A DNA stretch of 58,577 nt from an uncultured Mycoplasmatota bacterium (GTDB lineage Bacteria > Bacillota_I > Bacilli_A > RF39 > UBA660). Positions 31,151-40,523 of the stretch are shown here, one piece after another. The stretch is taken from contig CASEIJ010000046.1 of NCBI GenBank assembly GCA_949288035.1, forward strand, positions 1 through 58,577, read 5' to 3'. The notes below the pieces were generated by a model, which saw nothing but the letters and a program-made list of their open reading frames with translations, was not told the origin of the DNA and did no database searches. The translations under genes and the position numbers were made by a program. Each line of letters opens with the position of its first letter. Position 1 is the stretch's first letter.

Positions 31151-31182
31151 TGTTATAGTCTAGAATAGAGGGGTGATACAAG

Positions 31183-31494
31183 ATGAACATGATACTAGTG
31201 CTTTCATTTATTTTAATCATTACTATTTTTGTGATTGCTGTTGTTTGTCTGTTTTACTTTACGAAAAAACATCACCCAAAGACACCAAAACCATCTAATG
31301 AAGAAATTGAAATATTAATCTATCAAGATGAAATGCCAAATAAAGAAGCAAGTAAAGAAATACCTCATGAAACAGTGAGTGATGATACTTTAAATTTAGA
31401 TGATTTATTTAAAACAATGTCCATTCATGTGTTAAAAGATGATCCTGATTTTGACTTTGGATTACGTCGTACTCAAAACGTTAAAAAACATTAA
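31183..31494 (+). CDS. small single-pass membrane protein
   Basis: N-terminal hydrophobic helix, acidic tail; GAGGGGTG RBS; terminator at ~31476-31503. Confidence 0.6.
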   Translation: MNMILVLSFILIITIFVIAVVCLFYFTKKHHPKTPKPSNEEIEILIYQDEMPNKEASKEIPHETVSDDTLNLDDLFKTMSIHVLKDDPDFDFGLRRTQNVKKH

Positions 31495-31569
31495 CGTTTT
31501 TTTCTTGTATAATTTACAAAAAACGACAAAATATGATAAAATTATATTAATATAAAGGGTAGTGAAACT

Positions 31570-32286
31570 ATGGCTGTTAGTACTGTAAAAGTAACCGCAA
31601 AAAAAATAGAAGCAAAAAAGAAAAGAGTAAAGTATACAAAGAGAATAGTTATTTTCCTCTTTCTCTTTTTGTTGGCCCTTTTTTTTGTACTGATGGTAAT
31701 TTATAAAGGTGGTAATTTTACAGTTACATTAGACCCGAACTTTTCTTTAAAAAGTGGTATTGTCTTATACGATAATTTAGAAAATAAAACACCGCGAAAT
31801 AAGTTATATGCCAAAGAGTTAGAATTTATGGATAATATTTCTGTGAATTGGTTACCATCTAATCTCAATGAAGAAGCAGATGGTGCTCATAATGGAGATA
31901 ATTATATCGCATATACATTTTATGTTGGTAATGAAGGGGAGAGAACGATTCATTATTGGTATCAAATTAATATTTTAGATGTCATTAAAAATGTAGATGA
32001 AGCTATTCGCGTTATGGTATATCAAAATGGACAGAGAACCATTTATGCGAAGAAAAATAGTATGACAAATGAAAAAGAAGAAAATACGACACCATTTTAT
32101 TCAGATGAAATCGCAGTCTTACAACAACGTAAGGAATTTCACCCAGGTGATATTGATAAATATACAATTGTGATTTATTTAGAGGGAGATGACCCTGATT
32201 GTGTCGACGCGATTATCGGTGGCGAAATTAAATTAAATATGAAAATAACAGAGGAGCATGTGGATAATGAAAAAGAAGGCAGATAA
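31570..32286 (+). CDS. TasA-like subunit with an apparently uncleaved N-terminal membrane anchor
   Basis: Basic N-terminus + TM without a (T/S)xAW/AK site; C-terminal IVIYLEGDDPDC..GGEIKL shared with 32267 and 44427. Confidence 0.6.
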   Translation: MAVSTVKVTAKKIEAKKKRVKYTKRIVIFLFLFLLALFFVLMVIYKGGNFTVTLDPNFSLKSGIVLYDNLENKTPRNKLYAKELEFMDNISVNWLPSNLNEEADGAHNGDNYIAYTFYVGNEGERTIHYWYQINILDVIKNVDEAIRVMVYQNGQRTIYAKKNSMTNEKEENTTPFYSDEIAVLQQRKEFHPGDIDKYTIVIYLEGDDPDCVDAIIGGEIKLNMKITEEHVDNEKEGR

Positions 32287-33247
32287 GAGAAGAAAATTAG
32301 CGCTATTCCCATTATTCTTTAGTTTTATTTTATTTATTACAACTTCTTATGCATGGTTTTCTAGTAATCGTGTTGTGAGTGTTGATTCCTTAGATGTACA
32401 TGTTCAAGCAGATGGGGGATTAGAAGTTAGTACTGATGCGATTAATTGGAAACAAGTAGTGACTGTGCAAGATATTATGGATGCTCATCAAAACTATCGT
32501 AATAGTGTGAATCAAATTCCATATCAATTAAATCCAGTCTCATCTGGAGGAACAATTAATGGAGGCTATTTAGAATTATTTAAAGGACAAGCAACCAATA
32601 CGAATTCTACCGATTTCATATTAGTTGTTGAAAGAAGTCAAGAAACAGAAAGTTTTGGAGAAGAGAGTGAAGGTGATTTTATTGCTTTTGATCTTTTCTT
32701 CCGTACGACAAATAATAAAGAGTTATATTTATCTAGTAATTCACAAGTAACTTATTTAGGAGAAACTAGTAAGGGAATTGAAAATGCAACCCGTGTTGCA
32801 TTCTTGAATGAAGGAAATTCTGGAGATTCAGCAGGGGTAGCCCAAGGTTTAAATGGAGCCAATAAAGCTTATATTTGGGAACCTAATTATGATACTCATA
32901 CTGCTTATGGAGTTGAAAATGCTCAAAATATTTATGGTATTACAACTTCTCAAACAGGAGGTAGTTTACTACCATATGATGGTGTGATTCGTGAAATACC
33001 AACTAGTAGTCATGTATTATTACAAAATGCGAACAGTGCTACTTATCCAGATTTATTTCGTAGAGTGAATGTAGATATATCTACACCAAAGAGTGGCAGT
33101 ACGAATCAAAAAGTATTTGATTTAGAACCTTCTATTACTAAAGTAAGAATTTATATGTGGCTAGAGGGTCAAGATGTGGATTGTGAAGATAATGCTTCTT
33201 ATGGAGATATTAGTTTTCGTTTAGAATTTACAACTAATCCAGCATAG
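32267..33247 (+). CDS. TasA-like fibre subunit with SipW-class signal peptide
   Basis: TSYA|WF; paralogue of 44427 (NATRVAF, IWEPNYD, MWLEGQDVDCEDNA). Confidence 0.75.
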   Translation: MKKKADKRRKLALFPLFFSFILFITTSYAWFSSNRVVSVDSLDVHVQADGGLEVSTDAINWKQVVTVQDIMDAHQNYRNSVNQIPYQLNPVSSGGTINGGYLELFKGQATNTNSTDFILVVERSQETESFGEESEGDFIAFDLFFRTTNNKELYLSSNSQVTYLGETSKGIENATRVAFLNEGNSGDSAGVAQGLNGANKAYIWEPNYDTHTAYGVENAQNIYGITTSQTGGSLLPYDGVIREIPTSSHVLLQNANSATYPDLFRRVNVDISTPKSGSTNQKVFDLEPSITKVRIYMWLEGQDVDCEDNASYGDISFRLEFTTNPA

Positions 33248-33262
33248 AAAAGGAGGGGTAAT

Positions 33263-36200
33263 ATGCGAAGAAAGTGGCAGAAGAAAAAACAAGCATACTT
33301 ACTTGCTCTTTTTGCGTGTATTATTCCTATTACAACAATCGCATTTACTTATGGAGCTCTAAAAACAGCTAACCCAACAGATACAATATCACGTGGTATA
33401 GCTGGTGATACTGTTTATATCGATGATTCTATGAGTGATTATTATTACTATACTGGACAGAATTATACAAACAGTGATAATGGTAGTTTACCAACCCTAA
33501 GTAATAAAAATATATATGGAGATACCAATTTAGTAAAAACAACGGTTATCTATGATGGAACGAGTTATGATGGAAAACATACTGGTTATGTTTCTTTCAA
33601 TGAAAAACAGCGTAAATTTGTATATGAGAAATATTATCCAGTTGAAAATGGATATATTGAAATTGAATTAATTGACAACCCTTTTTCTGATGCCCCTAAT
33701 GATTTAGCGTTCAATGGTTGGATGACAAATTATCGTGGAGCAGAAATATCTTATGATGATAATTATTATGTTCGTACTGTTAAAGTGCCAGTGACATATG
33801 CAGGCAACTTACCACAACCAATTGAAATTCATATGTATGCTTCTTGGACAAGAGCAACCGTTGCCTATGTGAATGGTGGTACTGATGTAGATGCCATACA
33901 GTCACAATTAAAAGATAAAGGAATGAATGAGATTAGTACAATTAATTACATTTATGAATATCCAGATGTAGCTGGATATTATAAAGGTGGAACAATTACT
34001 ACCACTGCAACAAAAAGCAGCATTTTTGGTGGAACCGATGTTGATTATGGAACTTGTACAGATTGCTATGATGAGAGTACGAATTACTATGCAGAATATA
34101 CATGTGAAGCTCCTTCGTTTGGATTCTTAGAAACAGGAACAAAAACAAATACATGTCAAGTTTTTTATTTGCAAGATGAAAATGATGAGTATGAATTAGG
34201 TACTACATATTATGAGAAAAGTGGAAGACGTTTTGTAGATGCAAATTTACAACCGACAATTATTGGTACAGAAGAAAGTGATTTGTTCCAAGAAACTTCA
34301 AATATGTCTGGATATTATCGACAAGTAACAATTCCTTATCAAAGTCCTACAACTGGATATTACAATCAAGACGGAGTAGTTCAAAGTGGGACTTGTACAA
34401 CAAGAAATGGTTGCTTGTTATATGAATTGATACAATTTTATAAGGATGATGGTCAGGAAGAGTTACTTGATCCAGATATGAAATATTATTATTTAACTAC
34501 TCGTGATACAAACATTGTTGTTATGAATGGGAACATGTCATCTGCCTGGGATGAATCTAGTACGAAACCATTTACATTAACTGGAATTTATAATGACTAT
34601 GATTATCATCCAATTTGGAATGTAAGTCGTCTTAGTGTGGTTTGCTATGCTGATACACGAATTGAAAATCTAACGATTGTTTCTTCTTCTTATCATGGAG
34701 AAACCAATCCAAGTTCTAGCAATAGTACGAATGCAACATTGTACGGAAATTACTTCAATGTGAAATTAGGACGTAATATTAAAAATGATGGAACTCATGT
34801 CAATTTTAATACGATTCTAGGAGGATTAAATAATACAAGTATATGGGAAAATGGGTCGTTTGGATCGAGATCTAATCCAGAACGATATCGTTTTATCGTA
34901 GAATCTGGTGATTATAATGCCTCTTCTTCGACAATGGGATCTAGAACTGGTACTACAGGAACAGAACTGTATACAGAAACAACGACTATATATGGAAATG
35001 ATTATGATCGAGCAACAGTAAATAATTCTAATTTACGTCTTTACTTCTGTGCCGCTGGAGGATGGGGTGGAAGAATTTATTCTTCTAACGATGATTTGAT
35101 TCCAGCAATTTATACAATTGTTAAAAGTGGAGACTTTGGAACGAATAGTATTGATCATACTTCTGGCGTTTATGTAGGAGGTCGTAATGGTGGAACTCAT
35201 TATGCTCCTCGTAGTGCAAAAATAGAAGGTGGCTCGATTCGTAATTTAATTGGAGGACCATTAACTGCTAGTAGTAAAGGGGACCAAAATGATATATTTA
35301 TCTATATGACCGGTGGAGAAGTAGATATGATTGTAGGAGGAGCAGGTACTTCTACTACTTATGGAAATCGTATTTTACAAATTACAGGAGGATTAGTAAA
35401 TTACAGTGTATTTGGTGGTAGTAATGGATATGATGGTAGTAGTAGCGATGGAACATTAACAGGAGATTCTTATATTTATGTTGGTGGAAATGCTACCATT
35501 GGAAATGATACCATGATGAATAGTAATCAAACATTATGGGGTGCTGAAGCTGGTTCTGTATTTGGTAGTGGAAATGGAAATACGAGATATGCGACAATCG
35601 GGTCTGTTGATCATTCTAATATCATTATTGCCGATCAAGCAGTTGTTAAAAGAAATGTCTATGGAAGTGGAAACTATGGAACAGTAGGTTATAGTGCTTC
35701 TAGTACATCAAGTACAGCCATCCAATTAATTGGTGGTACTGTCAATGGATCTATCTTTGGAAGTGGTAACCATAGTGGTTCAGGACGTAGTGGTCGTGTT
35801 ACTTCGACGATTGATATTACTTTAAATGGAGGGACTGTTCTAGATTCTATTTACGGTGGTAGTAACCAAGAAGGAACAGTTTATGGTAGTAGTAATATTA
35901 CTTTAGTAAATGGAACGATTAAAGATACTTATGGTGGGGGATTAGGTGAAAATACTTATATTAGTCAAGAAGTATCTGTTACAGCAGGAAATGAAAATAC
36001 AAATGCTTTAACTGTTACTGGTTCTGTTTATGGAGGTAGTGCTTACGGAGTCGTAAATAGTACAAGTAAAAGTAATCAAGCAAGTACTTATCCAACCAAT
36101 GTGACTGTCAATGCTGGAACAATTAACGGTGTATTTGGTGGTGGAAAAGGAGATGCTTCTATTACACCATATGTTGCTGGAAATGTTACAGTTACGACCA

Positions 36201-39200
36201 ATGGTGGAACCATTACTAATTTATTTGGTGGAAATGATGCAAGAGGAGAACCAAATGGAAATGTTGTTGTTAATTTAAACGGTGGTACGATTGAAAACGC
36301 TTATGGGGGAGGAAATAATACCCTTGTTACAACAACACAAGTAAATCAAAATGGTGCAACAGTAACAAATTTGTTTGGTGGAAGTAATCGTAGTGGAAAT
36401 GTAAACGCTGCTCATATTGCAGTACGTGGTGGTACTACCATCCAACTTTATGGAGGAAATAATGTTGGTGGTAAAACGACCACAACCGATATTACAATGA
36501 CTGCTGGAGAAGTAACGACCATGTATGGTGGTGGAAAACTAACGGATACAAACAGCAGTGAAATACAAGTATCCAACGGAAATGCAACTACAATTTATGG
36601 TGGTGGAGAACAAGCCAATATGGTAGACGATACGAACATCGATATTACTGGTGGAACCATTGGAACGATTTATGGTGGTTCTAACATGAAAGGGGATGTT
36701 CCAACCTCTCACTTAATGATACAAGGTGGTAATATTCAAGAAGTATATGGTGGAAATAACCAAGGTGGAATTACTGCTACAACGAATGTGTCATTATTAA
36801 ATGGAACCATTGGTAATGTCTATGGTGGTGGTAATAAAACATCGACGACAACTTCTCATGTTACATTAAATGGTTCTAATGTTAGTTATATTTATGGTGG
36901 AGGAAACCAAGCTGGAGTTACGACAACCAATGTCAATTTAATGACTGGAACTGCGGATTATACATTTGGTGGAAGTAATCAGAGTGGAACTGTTCAAACC
37001 GCAAATGTATCGGCTAGTAATCCAAATCAATTAGTTGTTAATAACGTTTATGGAGGAAATAACCAAGGTGGTTTAACCAATGATACATATGTCACATTAA
37101 ATGGAGGAAGTTATATCAACTTGTATGGAGGAGGAAATATGGCTCCAACCGATCGTCCTCATGTCCATGTAAGTGGCATTGAAATGACAGGTGAATTCTT
37201 TGGTGGAGGAAACCAAGCCGAAGTAACAGAAGATACAGAAGTAACATTTGAAAACTCTACCATCAATGGAGATTTATTCGGTGGTGGTAACTTAGGTGTT
37301 GTCTCTGGTAATACCAATGTCTATGTCACGAATTCCTATGTTGCAAGTAGTATTTATGCCGGAGGAAATGGTGCTACGGCAATTGTACTAGGAACGACAA
37401 AATTAGATGTCGATAATAATACAATTGTTGATAAACATGTCTTTGGAGGAGGAAATGCTGCCAATACCGGTAGTGAAGATAAAAATAATTCAGTTAGTAA
37501 AGTAAATATAGCTGGTGCAACAATTCATGGAAATGTCTATGGTGGTGCGAATACAGCTGTATTATATGGAATCGTAGAATTAAATATTGGAAAAGTAGAT
37601 GAACAATTAATTAAATCACCAATCAAAATCGATGGAACAGTCTTTGGTGGAGGAGAAGCCAATGCGAGTGGTGATCCAAACTACGATTATTCATTTATTA
37701 GTGTTACCAAAGGAATCAATATTCAAATTGATGGAGCTGGTTATGATGAATTTTATATCAAAGGTTCTATCTTTGGAAGTGGTAACGCATCTAGTACAGA
37801 AGGATATAGTTATATCGATATTTCAAACTATGGAACATTTGAACAATATCAAGAAAATATTTCTATTCAAAGAGCAGATATTGTCACATTAATCAATTCT
37901 GCTATTAAACTAGAAGGAACAACCGATAGAACAAACGAATTCTCAACAACGAAGTTTAGTATTAGTCGTGTCAAAGAATTTAAAATTGCGAATGATAGTG
38001 TTTTATTCTTAGAAAATGGTACGAACTTATTGGAAAAATGGAATAGTTTAAAAATTGATGGTGATAAAGAAGAAAAAGCAACAGTTACTATTAACGATGA
38101 TGGAACTGTTACGAAAAATGTCAATAATCGTGTCTATATGTTAGAAGGAAAGAACATGAATGTCGCAACTAATGAAGCGGTTACGAGTTATGGAGAAGTC
38201 AGTGGTATGACATTCTTTGGAATGTATCAATTAGATCGTAATGATCGTGTATTTACAGCCTTTTATGATAAGAAATACGAAGCTGGAGATGTAGTTGCTC
38301 CTGGAGAGTTTTATGCCTTTACATCTGGTAGTTATGTATTAGGATTACATAATACAAATCATGATATTACCAAAGATGGTTTCTACAGTAATTATGAAGA
38401 TGAAGAAGTTGAAGGAACGGTTGAAGTAAAATACATTGAACCTACACCAAGTGATGCTAGTTATTACATGTGGGTAATTGGAGAAACAGTTACTACATAT
38501 GAACTGACATTAACAGCTTCTAAATATGCAACATTAGGAACTTATGAATTACCTCTTGTTACATCAGTAGGAGCAAATACCCAATTTGAAATACTTGGAT
38601 TTAACTATCAAAATCTAGAAGAAGGATTCTCTTTAGTAGATCCTGATACCATTGAACGTGTCAATCAAGAAGGTAAAGCAGATGATGTGATGGGACTTCG
38701 TATGGAAGCTTCTAACAATGGATTTGTAACCAAAGGTCATACTGACTTTCAGACCAATGAACAAACACCAGTGGTTGGAACAACCAACTATAAAGCTGAA
38801 AACTCCAGTGCTGTTCCTAGTTTTATCTTCTACTTATATCACTCTAAAAACTTAACAAAACAAAGAGAATTAGGAACTGTCGTTATCTCTCTTTTAGAAA
38901 TTACACCAATTGATGAATTGAATAATGAAGTAACCAGAGTCAATATTAATGTTACTTTGAACTCAGCACTTTATTCTAATAATGAATATGAAGGTGCTAT
39001 GACATCGGGAGAAAAATATGATCTATTTGCTTCAACGCAAACAGATATTACGAATAAATCGACATTGAGTGCTTATTATTCACTTTATATGGAAACAGAT
39101 AAAACATATTATCAACAAGATTATCAACATGCTTTAGTTTCTAATTATGTACTTCCAGAAAAGACAAAAATTACTATGATTGATCTTACGAATGAACCGA

Positions 39201-40387
39201 CTTATTACTATCATGTTATGTCTAGTGAAGATGTTATAAGAGCCACAGCCGAACATCAACAATATGGAGAAAGTTCTTATTTCTTCAAAGACTTTATTAA
39301 GATGGGATCGACAAGCAGTGATAATCACTATCAAGAATGGGAAAATATGCAGAAGTACTATGCTCAGGACTTAGGCATCATTCAAGAAGAATTCATCTTT
39401 ATTGTTGACTTTGGAGATACCAATATCAGAGGTGATCAGATTGGTAATTCTCTTTTAATCGAACTGAGAAATGGTCAGAATCAAACACTACTGAGTGTTC
39501 TTGGTATTCAACATGCCAATCTAACCTACAATTTATACGATGAACAACAAGCGAAAATCGATATTGAAGGTACCTTATCTGATAATCCTGTTTATATTGG
39601 AGATAGTACCAACTTAGAATTAACAACCAACTTTATACAACCAAGTGTCAGTGGTTCAACTGTTGTCGATACAACTTATTTTGATAAACGATTGGGAATT
39701 TATATTACCATTTATGATGCGAATAATAATCAGTTAAACAATAGTAGTTTATTAGGATTAAATTATGAATTAGATGGTGTTACTTATTATCCGCGTATGG
39801 ATGGAAGTGTTCGTATTCCACTGGCTGATAAAGTAGCAAATGTATTCAGTCGTATTAAAATTAATACCAATACAGCCAATCTAATTAGTGGTACTTATAA
39901 ATTAAAAATTGAATCATTTGGTTCACCAGATGGAATTTACTTTGGAAACAATTCATCTGATCAAATTGAAATTCCATTGGAAATTGTAAATAGTAAATAT
40001 GGATTGGATGTTTCTTTAGATGATGAACAATTAACCATCGATAAAGAAACAGGATATACACAAGCAGAGAATAATGCACTCGTATTCCATGTGAAATATT
40101 CATCTAATTTAGCTAACCCAAATATTCGTGTTCGTCTATCACGTAGAACATATGATGATATTTATAGTACGGAATATGTGGATGTCAATTTATTAGATTA
40201 TATTACTAACCAATTAGAAGCAACTGGAGAATATGAATATATGTTTGAAGAAAATCCAACCGGCAACATGGATAAATTTATCTACTTAAAAGATTATCTA
40301 CAAAGTGGAACATATCGATTTGTATTTGCTCTATACGATGGAGATACTTTTATTGGCGATTGTACAGAATATGTTATAATAAAATAG
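33263..40387 (+). CDS. giant (2374 aa) secreted Gly-repeat beta-solenoid adhesin-like protein
   Basis: AGGAGG RBS; signal peptide ending FTYG|AL; ~28 [VILF][YF]G[GS]x repeats; beta-rich C-terminal domains; no LPxTG or C-terminal TM. Confidence 0.75.
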   Translation: MRRKWQKKKQAYLLALFACIIPITTIAFTYGALKTANPTDTISRGIAGDTVYIDDSMSDYYYYTGQNYTNSDNGSLPTLSNKNIYGDTNLVKTTVIYDGTSYDGKHTGYVSFNEKQRKFVYEKYYPVENGYIEIELIDNPFSDAPNDLAFNGWMTNYRGAEISYDDNYYVRTVKVPVTYAGNLPQPIEIHMYASWTRATVAYVNGGTDVDAIQSQLKDKGMNEISTINYIYEYPDVAGYYKGGTITTTATKSSIFGGTDVDYGTCTDCYDESTNYYAEYTCEAPSFGFLETGTKTNTCQVFYLQDENDEYELGTTYYEKSGRRFVDANLQPTIIGTEESDLFQETSNMSGYYRQVTIPYQSPTTGYYNQDGVVQSGTCTTRNGCLLYELIQFYKDDGQEELLDPDMKYYYLTTRDTNIVVMNGNMSSAWDESSTKPFTLTGIYNDYDYHPIWNVSRLSVVCYADTRIENLTIVSSSYHGETNPSSSNSTNATLYGNYFNVKLGRNIKNDGTHVNFNTILGGLNNTSIWENGSFGSRSNPERYRFIVESGDYNASSSTMGSRTGTTGTELYTETTTIYGNDYDRATVNNSNLRLYFCAAGGWGGRIYSSNDDLIPAIYTIVKSGDFGTNSIDHTSGVYVGGRNGGTHYAPRSAKIEGGSIRNLIGGPLTASSKGDQNDIFIYMTGGEVDMIVGGAGTSTTYGNRILQITGGLVNYSVFGGSNGYDGSSSDGTLTGDSYIYVGGNATIGNDTMMNSNQTLWGAEAGSVFGSGNGNTRYATIGSVDHSNIIIADQAVVKRNVYGSGNYGTVGYSASSTSSTAIQLIGGTVNGSIFGSGNHSGSGRSGRVTSTIDITLNGGTVLDSIYGGSNQEGTVYGSSNITLVNGTIKDTYGGGLGENTYISQEVSVTAGNENTNALTVTGSVYGGSAYGVVNSTSKSNQASTYPTNVTVNAGTINGVFGGGKGDASITPYVAGNVTVTTNGGTITNLFGGNDARGEPNGNVVVNLNGGTIENAYGGGNNTLVTTTQVNQNGATVTNLFGGSNRSGNVNAAHIAVRGGTTIQLYGGNNVGGKTTTTDITMTAGEVTTMYGGGKLTDTNSSEIQVSNGNATTIYGGGEQANMVDDTNIDITGGTIGTIYGGSNMKGDVPTSHLMIQGGNIQEVYGGNNQGGITATTNVSLLNGTIGNVYGGGNKTSTTTSHVTLNGSNVSYIYGGGNQAGVTTTNVNLMTGTADYTFGGSNQSGTVQTANVSASNPNQLVVNNVYGGNNQGGLTNDTYVTLNGGSYINLYGGGNMAPTDRPHVHVSGIEMTGEFFGGGNQAEVTEDTEVTFENSTINGDLFGGGNLGVVSGNTNVYVTNSYVASSIYAGGNGATAIVLGTTKLDVDNNTIVDKHVFGGGNAANTGSEDKNNSVSKVNIAGATIHGNVYGGANTAVLYGIVELNIGKVDEQLIKSPIKIDGTVFGGGEANASGDPNYDYSFISVTKGINIQIDGAGYDEFYIKGSIFGSGNASSTEGYSYIDISNYGTFEQYQENISIQRADIVTLINSAIKLEGTTDRTNEFSTTKFSISRVKEFKIANDSVLFLENGTNLLEKWNSLKIDGDKEEKATVTINDDGTVTKNVNNRVYMLEGKNMNVATNEAVTSYGEVSGMTFFGMYQLDRNDRVFTAFYDKKYEAGDVVAPGEFYAFTSGSYVLGLHNTNHDITKDGFYSNYEDEEVEGTVEVKYIEPTPSDASYYMWVIGETVTTYELTLTASKYATLGTYELPLVTSVGANTQFEILGFNYQNLEEGFSLVDPDTIERVNQEGKADDVMGLRMEASNNGFVTKGHTDFQTNEQTPVVGTTNYKAENSSAVPSFIFYLYHSKNLTKQRELGTVVISLLEITPIDELNNEVTRVNINVTLNSALYSNNEYEGAMTSGEKYDLFASTQTDITNKSTLSAYYSLYMETDKTYYQQDYQHALVSNYVLPEKTKITMIDLTNEPTYYYHVMSSEDVIRATAEHQQYGESSYFFKDFIKMGSTSSDNHYQEWENMQKYYAQDLGIIQEEFIFIVDFGDTNIRGDQIGNSLLIELRNGQNQTLLSVLGIQHANLTYNLYDEQQAKIDIEGTLSDNPVYIGDSTNLELTTNFIQPSVSGSTVVDTTYFDKRLGIYITIYDANNNQLNNSSLLGLNYELDGVTYYPRMDGSVRIPLADKVANVFSRIKINTNTANLISGTYKLKIESFGSPDGIYFGNNSSDQIEIPLEIVNSKYGLDVSLDDEQLTIDKETGYTQAENNALVFHVKYSSNLANPNIRVRLSRRTYDDIYSTEYVDVNLLDYITNQLEATGEYEYMFEENPTGNMDKFIYLKDYLQSGTYRFVFALYDGDTFIGDCTEYVIIK
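35408..37790 (+). repeat. intragenic ~25-30 aa (Y/F)GG(G/S/N)N coil repeats
   Basis: About 28 units counted from VFGGSNG to IFGSGNA; degenerate at DNA level. Confidence 0.8.
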
Positions 40388-40397
40388 GAGGATTCAT

Positions 40398-40523
40398 ATG
40401 GATGTAGAAAAAGTAAAAACAAGTGAGTTAATCGAATGTTATCAGATCGTTCAAAATTATCTAAAACAGTTAGAAACAGAGAAAAAAGAAGTGGAGAAAG
40501 AATTAAATGAAGGAAAAAATTGA
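40398..40523 (+). CDS. 41-aa small helical protein, absent from the ORF track
   Basis: AGGAGG overlapping the adhesin stop, ATG 40398, MDVEKVKTSELIECYQIVQNYLKQLETEKKEVEKELNEGKN, overlaps the start of the next gene. Confidence 0.7.
   Translation: MDVEKVKTSELIECYQIVQNYLKQLETEKKEVEKELNEGKN

Noticed and set aside
35400-37800. CRISPR array or DNA tandem repeat (recurrent TATGGTGG/TTTGGTGG)
   Set aside because: The repeats are in-frame, degenerate codons for (Y/F)GG coils inside one long ORF; there is no constant repeat-spacer structure and no cas genes.
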